64,000 bases of DNA from Tetramitus jugosus. Lineage: Eukaryota; Protista; Heterolobosea. Positions 55,493 to 64,000 of this stretch are shown here, one piece after another. The first letter of the stretch is position 1. Each line of letters begins with the position of its first letter. The stretch lies in the NCBI GenBank assembly GCA_937625935.1, contig OW569363.1, positions 372,001-436,000 on the forward strand, written 5' to 3'. Position numbers and translations under genes: made by a program. Below the pieces are notes generated by a model that was given only the letters and a program-made list of their open reading frames with translations, was not told the DNA's origin and ran no database searches.

Positions 55493-57820
55493 TTACACTG
55501 GAGGAGGGTAAGAGCTGTACTTCTTGGTTCTTTCTCTGAGCGACATCCTATGCACTGGCTTTTCCTTTTTAGTGTTACAGGTGCTTTCGCTTTCGTCTTC
55601 ACTTTCTTTGCTCGTAGTATTGGATTCATCCGTGGTGAGTTTCATGCATTTCGCTCTGCTGTAGTTGCTATGGACATTAAATCGTTTTCTTTTTGGTCCT
55701 TGGTAGTCGTCATCGTTGTTCGTTCGTTTGGCACTCACTTCTTTACACAACTCTTCCAATTCAATCGCCTGCTGTGGCTTGATTTTCTGCAATATGTCTT
55801 TGTATAATGAGATAGGATAGCGGTGCACCTTTAGTGTGGCCAACATGACGTCATAGGCATATTGTCCATGGCGATTCTTGAGGTGCAGCTTGATGCCAGG
55901 CAATTCAAGTAACTCTTCAATCATATTGGGTATGGCCCTGATTGAACTACATGCAGCATGAAGAATGGTGTCCTGGTTAATATTGTTGACTTGATTCACA
56001 TCATGGATTCCATATCGTTGAATCATGGTCCTTGCCAACTCCAAACGCGCGCCATACAATGCGACATGAAGATAGGTATTGCCATACATGTTTGCATACG
56101 TACGCACACTCTCAGCCCCCAGTTTATCAAATGCCAATAATGCCAGCTGTTCATCGTTTTCATGAATGAGACCCAACACACCAGTCTTGAATTCCATATT
56201 TTGAGAAAGATTCGCATCGCTCGAAGCAGCGTGCTCCAACACTTTAAACAGGACGCACGGACGAGTAAACGTATCGAGATAGTTCTTTGGTATGATTGAT
56301 GGAGGCAATGAGCACCCAAGATCGCAGAATAGTTGATACAGTTGAGGCGCGCGCTCTGTGTAAGTGAGCAACCGAGGAATCGTTTTGACATCGAAATCAA
56401 AATTTGGAATCTCCTTAATCACTGGATACGCTGTATCTCCGAGATTGATCAAGCACCCGGGCGATAAGATGATCTCAAATTCGTTCCTTGTGAACTTTGG
56501 AAAGAAGAAGGATACAAAGTTTTTTGCACTACACTTTGTACCGGAGAGAAGGGTGCGCCAATCGTCCATTTGGAACCATGTGAACATCTCATTGGAATAC
56601 TTTTGGTACAATTTCTCCAACAACACTTGTCTCACTCTCCATTGACCATAGTACAACGCATCGTACAGATAGGATCTCAGCGTAGAATAACTCTTTTCCA
56701 TACTGATGCGAGGTGAGACGCCATGGCGAATCAAATCATCAAACACCAGAGTCCTATCCGTTTGATACACACCTGGAGATACCTTGAGCTTGATATCTTC
56801 ATTGAAAAAAGTGGGATGCAACGCCAGTCGCATAAACTCTCGCCCAGTGGTCACCTTGGTTCTCGCTTTTGCAAATTCGCCCATCATTGTCATATCAATC
56901 GCTTCATTCTTGAGTGCCATGTGCTGCTTAATGTACTTCCAATTGGCTTCAATACCCTTGTCCGTCACATCTAGATTGTACACATTCAAGTGCTTTAGTT
57001 TTGGAAACATGTACAGTGCATCAATCATGATACTCAACAATCTCATTCGGTGAATCCTGTATCGATTCGTCACATACTCACTCGCGTGATAAAGACTCCT
57101 GTCTAAAATCTCATCATATATATCACTCGTATTGTGCATGGAGTCTCTAGAACTGTGAAAATCACGACCTTCTCTCTTGTAACAAAAAATGTTTAGTGTT
57201 TCAATGCTCGTCTGACGTGCAGCTCTTCTCATCGGTTCTGGTTCCATGAGCTCTGACAAAAAGGTGCGATCATACTGTGGCACACCATTGTTCCTCGGTT
57301 CTTCCACAATGAAACTGTCGGGAATTGTGAGTTCTTTGAGTCGGGGACATGACAAGAAAATGTCCTTCATTGACAATTGTGGATTACTGGGCAATAGGAG
57401 TGTCCTTAGATTGTTTTTGCAGTGTTGGATGAGGTGCATGAGGGCACGAGATTTGATACTTGACAGGAAATAGTATCGATCCGTCTTGTTGAACGAGGAT
57501 AGATTGAGGCATGTGATTTGTGAGAGGATGCCCTTCTCGTCGGAGAATTGGTCTCTAAAGTACTTGTTGAGTGTTCTGAGAGAGAGGTAGCTGTACATGT
57601 ATGATCATGATGGAGATGTGGAGAAAGAGAGAGATGATGATTCAATTTGGTTATTCGTATTGTGTTTGTTTTTTTTTGTATTGCATTTAAAGGCATGAAC
57701 GTTTTTGTTTGTTGAAGAAAATATGACAACATACTATGGTAAAACAGGCAGATAAGTGAAAATGTGGAGCTGAATGTTACTCGGTATGTCACGAAAGGAT
57801 TTGTTTTGTTGATCTTGCAT
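55493..57820 (-). CDS. F-box + LRR + ankyrin-repeat protein (exons 57820-57735, 57590-55493; about 727 aa)
   Basis: Spliced N-terminus FRDIPSNIQLHIFTYLPVLPYYLSLRTLNKYF (F-box); CPRLKEL, FPKLKHL; GNTYLHVA, QDTILHAAC; intron 57591-57734. Confidence 0.85.
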
Positions 57821-57956
57821 TTGCTCTACTCGTTCAACCAATTTTCAATATTGGTTTGTTGTTGTTTTTTTTGTATTGTTTTTAATTTGCAGGGTGGAAA
57901 ACTTCCATCAAATTTGTGAAGTCGCACTTTTTTGGCGGCAATAAATTTTTGTTGTT

Positions 57957-59958
57957 TTATAAGAAAGGTTCAACGTCAAACTCCAAGACACTGCATGGGT
58001 ATTTGACACCGAATGCTTGCATGACATCAGGGTGAATAATACCAAAGGTACCAACCTTCTTTCCACCGAACAAAATGTTGGCTTGTCTGCCTGGGAAGTA
58101 GCTCTCATCATTGGATGCTTCTATGCTGTAACCTTCGTTGGCATCGAATGGGATAGCCATGACTTCCATCAATCGATCAACGAGACCGTGAATAATTTCG
58201 AAGCCAGAGGTCGTCGAGCAGAACAAGGCAGCAGCCTTTCTGATGTTTCTTGCTCCAACATCAGTTGTCTCATCAACCAACACAACATCGTTCACTTCGA
58301 ACAATTGAATAGGAAGACCAGTCTTCAAATTCTGTTGCAGCGTTTTCAACAATCCAGGGATCAAACTGATTCTACATGCTTGGAATTCAAAGGTCTTTGG
58401 ATTCGAGATGGTGACAGCAGTCTTACCATCGTCCTTCTTGTTCATCTGTTCAAAGTTTTCCTTGTCGGAGCAGAGAATGAGAGTGAGAGCTTCGGTGAAA
58501 CCAGCCATTGCAAACTCGAGTCTCAAGTGATCAGTCAATTGATTCAATGGGTTTTGTCTGCCGACAGTGGATGACTTTGGATTGGTTTTCACGAGATTGT
58601 TGTATCCGTACGCAATGGCAACATCTTCCATAATATCACAAGCATGCAAAATATCACTTCTCGTTGGTGGAGCCTTGACTGAAATCGAATTGTTACCCTT
58701 CTTCAAAGCATGCAATTGCATCTTTTCCAACAATTCACAAATCGTATCAATGTCCAAATTGACACCGACTTGGTTGTTCACAAAGTCAACAGAGCACTCG
58801 AATTCTGGCAATCCCAAATCAGGTGTAAGCTCGCTGTGTCCATCAGGATAAACAACTTTCACTTGTTCAACAGTGAATGGATGCTCGCAATGTTCGCTAA
58901 ACATGGTAACCATCGTATTCAACACAATCATTGCCTTTGTTCTATCTGTACCAGTACACTCAATGAAAATATCTCTCGTGTCCAAAGTAATCTTTGAATG
59001 TTCGCCGTTAATAATTGGTGGAAGTGACAAAACAACACCCTTGTTGTCATAGATGACAGGATAGACTGGGCTGTCCTTAATAATTGGAACAAAAGGCTTC
59101 AAGTGCTTATATCTTTCATTCTATGATTCCAAAAAAATTAGTTTTCATGATCATCAACAGAAAACACAAAAAAACAACAGCAACATACAGTTTCATACAA
59201 GTTCATCAACTCAACAGCATTCTTCTTCTCAGTCTGAGTCAAAGCAACAAATGCAATGTCCTTTGGAGCTTGAGCCTTATAGGTGAATGGTGCACTAATG
59301 TCCAAAGTGCTCAAATCATGAGTACCAATAGCAACAAGTGTTCTCTTTCTACAAATGTTTTGATGCAACTTGTCTTGCAAATCAATCAAGCTATCATAAA
59401 CAGCTTGATCCATCTTTACACCTCTCAACACTGCACAGACAACAAATGGTCTAATTTGCTTGGTCTACACATACACACATTCAATCAATTCATTCAAATA
59501 GAGAGAGAAAAAAAATCAGCATGTGTGAGTCGCACAAGAATTCTTTTCAAACAAAAAAGCTAAAAAAGCAAAAAAATAATTACCTCTGCTTCCACATTCA
59601 TCACCAAAAGCTTTGATGGATTTCTGACAGAAAAAGTAGGTGTCTTCTCCAATTGAAGGAAAATACGGAGTGCACGAACAATACCCTCCTCACACAACAA
59701 GTCATAACGATTAGCAGGAATTTCAATCTTGAAAATTTCTTCATCAGAGTACTTTTCGAGTTCCTTGAGTGTTTGTTTGTCCAATTTTCCACTTGATCCA
59801 CCAACACTCAATCTCTCCTTCATCTTAATTCTTCTTTCGGAAGTGACCTCATCGAGTTCAATGCCGAATTGGAAACACAAGTCTTGGAATTGGTCCTCAG
59901 TGTATGACTTTCCTAATTTTTTGAATAAACGTTCACTTTTGATGGATACAACTGGCAT
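57957..59958 (-). CDS. FARSB: Phenylalanyl-tRNA synthetase beta subunit (exons 59958-59584, 59464-59189, 59120-57957; about 604 aa)
   Basis: [67 protein letters not shown]; introns 59465-59583 and 59121-59188. Confidence 0.96.
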
Positions 59959-60212
59959 TGCTTCTGTTGTTGTTTTTGTTGTTGCTGATCAATGATGTTG
60001 TTTTTTGTTTGTTGTTGTGTGTGAATTTGCACCTGGGTTCTTTTGGCGGCGACTCTTGTTCAATTTTTCCACCTGCTGATCCTCCGACATGTCAATTCTC
60101 CTCCATGAAGAGTTGACTGAATATTCAATGGGGCGATTGAAGTGCGACTCGATGGTGGAACAAAAAAACAAACACAACCACAGACAGTTGACACATATCC
60201 GATATCAGAATT

Positions 60213-61148
60213 ATGGTGGTGATTGAAGAAGGTTGGTTGCTCAATAGTGAGTCTGGTATCTCGCTGCTAAACTATTTGTCACGAGAAGAGACCAAGCGTG
60301 CTTCCCAATTTAAATCAACAAACAGCACATTGGCTGCACCGAGTACATTGGAGCTCGTTTCGGCCCGATTGGAACAGAATGCGAGACAACCGTCATGTGT
60401 CATGGGTATTTTGTCGCGTTTGAATTCCAATGATCGTTCATCGTCGTCGTCATCCGCTTCTTCATCCCAAAAGGGTTCGATTCGCGCCTTTGGCCAATCT
60501 TCTGCTTCTATTGGCAGCGTACATAGCATGCATGGCCCGAAGACGACGACGAGCACGACTGGTGCTGGATCATTTTGGAATTCGGTCAAGCACAACTACC
60601 ATTGGACAGTCCGGTTGCACGGGGACAGCGGGACTGGTAAGAGTGTGCTGTCGTTGGCACTGTGTAGACTGCAGGCTGATAATTTCTTCTCGGGTCCAGT
60701 GATGACACCGGGGATGGTGATACGAGAGTGCCTCGTTCCACTAAAGTTTGTGAACGAGAGTAGGATTCATTGGGCTCGATTAGAGATTGAAGATGTTGGA
60801 TCTCTCATGCAATCTCAGTTCAATTACTTGAAATATGATTGCTATAAGCGAATATTCCATGTACATATTGTAGTTTTATCAATGACTGATTTACAGAGCT
60901 TGGAGTCTGCAAAGGAAACGATACGTTACTTGGTGAATGAGTGTGGCGTCGAATCCACCAAGATATTGGCCGTTGCGACCAAGGTTGACGAATTTCAGAG
61001 TTATCAAGTGACGGATTCTGATTTGCAGGACTTCTCGTCAGTGATGCAAGTTCCTCTCTGCCTCGTAGACAATTATGTTCAATTTGGAGAGCAGTACAGT
61101 GCATACACTGTTGTTGAGGAATTGAGTCGCCTTTTGCTGAACCAATAA
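60213..61148 (+). CDS. CPLANE2: CPLANE2/RSG1-like atypical small GTPase
   Basis: N-terminal W..SESG..LL, GDSGTGKS, TPGM..P.K....R....LEIEDVG...QFNYL, SMTD, ATKVD. Confidence 0.7.
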   Translation: MVVIEEGWLLNSESGISLLNYLSREETKRASQFKSTNSTLAAPSTLELVSARLEQNARQPSCVMGILSRLNSNDRSSSSSSASSSQKGSIRAFGQSSASIGSVHSMHGPKTTTSTTGAGSFWNSVKHNYHWTVRLHGDSGTGKSVLSLALCRLQADNFFSGPVMTPGMVIRECLVPLKFVNESRIHWARLEIEDVGSLMQSQFNYLKYDCYKRIFHVHIVVLSMTDLQSLESAKETIRYLVNECGVESTKILAVATKVDEFQSYQVTDSDLQDFSSVMQVPLCLVDNYVQFGEQYSAYTVVEELSRLLLNQ

Positions 61149-61150
61149 AG

Positions 61151-61174
61151 TCTGAATTCTGGCCAGAATTCAGA
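61151..61174. repeat. Perfect 24-bp palindrome
   Basis: TCTGAATTCTGGCCAGAATTCAGA, 2 nt after the CPLANE2-like stop codon. Confidence 0.85.
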
Positions 61175-61295
61175 AATTGCAAGCACAGCGTAATTGTAAA
61201 ATGATAACGGTGGTAAAATTAACCACCAAGTTCCTGTGTGAGATGAAACGAATTTCCCAGTATGTTGAGATCTCAAACAAACAAAAAGTGAAAAA

Positions 61296-62063
61296 ATGTT
61301 TCTTGGACACTTTGGCCCTGCTTATCTGATCAAAGCAATCAATCCTGATCTACCACTATGGTTACTCTTGCTTGCAACTCAAATGATTGACACAATCTAC
61401 ATTGTTCTGTCACTTCTCGGTATTGAGTCCTCTGTTTACGTGCCAGATCTGAAGAGTGCCTTTCCCTACCATGGATACACAGATTGGTCTCATTCTCTGT
61501 TTGTTGGAGTTGTTTTGGCGGCAACCGTTGTGATTTTCATCTACGGTATTTTCTGCCACCAAAAACCAACGTTGAGAAGAATATTCTGGTTGAATGTGGC
61601 AGCTGCAAGTCACTTCTTTTTGGATGTTTTGGTTCATGAACCTCATTTGCCCATTGTAACTCCTTACATTTTGGATTATTTTGGAGTTTCTTCTGATGGT
61701 CTTCCTGTGCTTGGTTTCAGTTGGTGGACTTTGTATCCTACTCAAGCCTTCCATCAGACTCTTGAAGCTACTATTTGTGTTGGATCGTTCCTCATATTGA
61801 TCTTGAGTCAATGGAGCAAGATGCACAAGTCACTTGGATGGATATTGAATGTTGTGTTCACCTTGCTGATTGCTTTGATCATTCCATATCAGAGTATTGT
61901 TGATGAACTCGCTGGAAAAGGGTTTCTAGTGCTTGAGAAAAAGGTTCTGTTTCTTTTGATGATTGGTGTTCAGGTGGTGTTCGCACTTTTGGGTCGTTGG
62001 ACAGACAGTTACTTCATTGCACCAAAGAGACAAGGCACTCAGAAGAAAGCAAAATCTGATTAA
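61296..62063 (+). CDS. Bacterial-type membrane-bound metal-dependent hydrolase-like protein, paralog A
   Basis: MFLGHFG, ATQMID, WSHSL, SHFFLDVLVH; multiple TM helices; intronless. Confidence 0.75.
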   Translation: MFLGHFGPAYLIKAINPDLPLWLLLLATQMIDTIYIVLSLLGIESSVYVPDLKSAFPYHGYTDWSHSLFVGVVLAATVVIFIYGIFCHQKPTLRRIFWLNVAAASHFFLDVLVHEPHLPIVTPYILDYFGVSSDGLPVLGFSWWTLYPTQAFHQTLEATICVGSFLILILSQWSKMHKSLGWILNVVFTLLIALIIPYQSIVDELAGKGFLVLEKKVLFLLMIGVQVVFALLGRWTDSYFIAPKRQGTQKKAKSD

Positions 62064-62343
62064 TAATGAGAGACTAAGTTTATGCGAACAAGCTAACATA
62101 TTATTTATTTTGCTCCTGTTGCATTTTACAATAAACATGAATTTAGATATCCAGTCAACTCTTTTTCAACATGTCCTACGGAGAGTAGGGTATACTATGT
62201 CTGTTGAGGAGTAATGGAGAAATGCAAGGGAGATTAGCCAGAATTCAGAAATTGTGCGCAGTGGATTTTCTGAACGCAGCCCTTTGAAAGGTTCAAGTGG
62301 TATTGAGAGTGTGACACAAGCAACTCAAACACAAAACGAAACA

Positions 62344-63111
62344 ATGTTCCTTGGACACTTTGGCCCAGCCTACCTGATCAAAACAATCAATCCTGACCTT
62401 CCTCTGTGGTTGCTCTTGCTCGCAACTCAAATGACGGAAACAATCTACGTTGTACTGTCAATTCTCGGAATTGAAACCACGGTTTACCTGCCAGAACTGA
62501 AGAGTGCCTTTCCCTATAATCTACAGACAGATTGGTCCCATTCCCTATTTGTCGGAGTTGTTTTGGCGGCAACCATTGTCACCTTCATCTACGGTATTTT
62601 CTGCAACCAAAAACCAACACTGAGAAGAATATTCTGGTTGAATGTGGCAGCTGCAAGTCACTTCTTTTTGGATGTTCTGGTTCATGAACCTCATTTGCCC
62701 ATTGTAACTCCTCAAGTATTGGATTGTTTTGGAGTATCTGCTGATAGTCTTCCTTTGCTTGGTTTCAATTGGTGGATCTTGTATCCTACCCAAACGTTCC
62801 ATCAGACGATTGAGGCCGCTATTTGTGTTGGTTTGTTCATTATCTTGATCCTGAGTCAATGGAACAATACACACAAGTCTATTGGATGGATACTGAATGT
62901 CGTGTTGACTGTGGTAGTTGCCTTGATCATTCCTTGTCAAAGTGTTGTTGATGAACTGGCTGGAAAGGGCTATCAGGCATTTGAACCAAATGTTATATAC
63001 ACCGCGCTGATTGGTGCTCAGGTAGTGTTCGCATCGTTGGGTCATTGGACAGACAGTTACTTTGTACAACCAAAGAAACGAAGCACCCAAAAGACAACGA
63101 AATCTGATTAA
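62344..63111 (+). CDS. Bacterial-type membrane-bound metal-dependent hydrolase-like protein, paralog B
   Basis: Tandem duplicate of 61296-62063 with the same length and His motifs. Confidence 0.75.
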   Translation: MFLGHFGPAYLIKTINPDLPLWLLLLATQMTETIYVVLSILGIETTVYLPELKSAFPYNLQTDWSHSLFVGVVLAATIVTFIYGIFCNQKPTLRRIFWLNVAAASHFFLDVLVHEPHLPIVTPQVLDCFGVSADSLPLLGFNWWILYPTQTFHQTIEAAICVGLFIILILSQWNNTHKSIGWILNVVLTVVVALIIPCQSVVDELAGKGYQAFEPNVIYTALIGAQVVFASLGHWTDSYFVQPKKRSTQKTTKSD

Positions 63112-63206
63112 TTTAAAAAGAGTTTACAGTGCTCTGCATATCATTGTTTTATCTGTTGCATCTTACAATCAACTTTTAGTACAAACTCACAGTCTACTTG
63201 AGGAAA

Positions 63207-64000
63207 TCAAATGCATCCTTGTTGAATAGTGGCTTCAGCAACCTTCAAGAAAGCAGAAATGTTGGCTCCAGCGTTCAAGTTAATGTACCCGTCTTCAGTA
63301 GTCTGCTTGTATTCAATGGCGGAATTCTTGCAATCTTCGAAAATGGACTTCATAATGTCTTCGAGCTTTTGGTACACTTCTTCGCGACTCCACTTGATAC
63401 GCATCGAGTTCTGTGACATCTCCAGTCCCGAAACTGCAACACCACCTGCATTGGCAGCCTTCGCTGGTCCATACCATACCTTTTTATCAACATAGTAGTG
63501 AATAGCTTCAATCGTAGAAGGCATATTGGCTCCTTCGACGACGTATCGACAACCATTCTCAACTAGCTTGACCGCATCTTCCAATTGAATTTCATTCTGT
63601 GTGGCACATGGACAAGCAACGTCACACTTGAGACCCCATGGTTTAGCATCCTTCACATATTTTGCCTTGGAGGAGAGTGAACAATACTCCTTGATCCTCT
63701 CTCTCCTTTCATTTTTCAATTGCATGATGCACTCAATTTGGTCTCTTGTAAAACCGTCTGGTTCAAAAATATAGCCATCACTGTCGCTCAATGACACCAC
63801 TTTTGCTTCACACTCCAACAATTTGAGTGCACAGTATTGAGCCACGTTGCCCGAGCCACTGACTACACAAACTTTTCCTTTGAGAGACTCGCGATTGTGT
63901 AGCACCATTTGCTCCAAAAAGAAAACAACTCCGTATCCTGTAGCTTCCGGTCTCAACAAACTTCCTCCGTACGAACTTCCTTTACCCGTTAGAATTCCGG
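63207..64000 (-). CDS. gdhA: NADP-dependent glutamate dehydrogenase (5' end outside window)
   Basis: GILTGKGSSYGGSLLRPEATGYG, SGSGNVA, PCATQNE, EGANMP, KAANAGGVAVSGLEMSQN. Confidence 0.95.
   Translation of the reverse strand, partial: GILTGKGSSYGGSLLRPEATGYGVVFFLEQMVLHNRESLKGKVCVVSGSGNVAQYCALKLLECEAKVVSLSDSDGYIFEPDGFTRDQIECIMQLKNERRERIKEYCSLSSKAKYVKDAKPWGLKCDVACPCATQNEIQLEDAVKLVENGCRYVVEGANMPSTIEAIHYYVDKKVWYGPAKAANAGGVAVSGLEMSQNSMRIKWSREEVYQKLEDIMKSIFEDCKNSAIEYKQTTEDGYINLNAGANISAFLKVAEATIQQGCI

Overview
Gene-dense eukaryotic nuclear DNA, about 40 genes, standard code, short GT-AG introns of about 65-175 bp, CA/A-rich leaders. It is most likely from a flagellated heterolobosean (Naegleria-like) protist. 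That is an inference from the EF2 N-terminus, a DUF4116-like relic, an RGS-domain protein and flagellar genes (CFAP44, CPLANE2, PTPDC1). Housekeeping genes: ODC, carboxypeptidase D-like, SDR, mL59, UBLCP1, ATG18, a small Tim that only appears after splicing, Rab escort protein, LCMT1, CGI121, EF2, NRAMP, DBP2-like helicase, eIF1AD, PheRS-beta and NADP-GDH, plus tRNA-Ala(AGC). The most striking structure is a stack of three 5'-truncated APE-type non-LTR retrotransposon copies, all in the same orientation, starting about 57 bp upstream of the tRNA gene. The nearest copy has a perfect 17-bp target-site duplication and decay increases with distance. This is the pattern expected of a tRNA-gene-targeting retroelement like Dictyostelium TRE5, here in a different supergroup. 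Other candidates: a CpG-depleted accessory island (bestrophin-like, TPR, His-Me nuclease-like and CYTH genes), a VapD/Cas2-like small protein, a small protein resembling a land-plant uncharacterised family, tandem F-box/pseudo-Rab/CaaX genes with homogenised 3' ends, an LRR/pseudophosphatase/RGS fusion and a stand-alone AK9 C-terminal-domain protein. All family calls come from motif recognition by eye; no searches were run.
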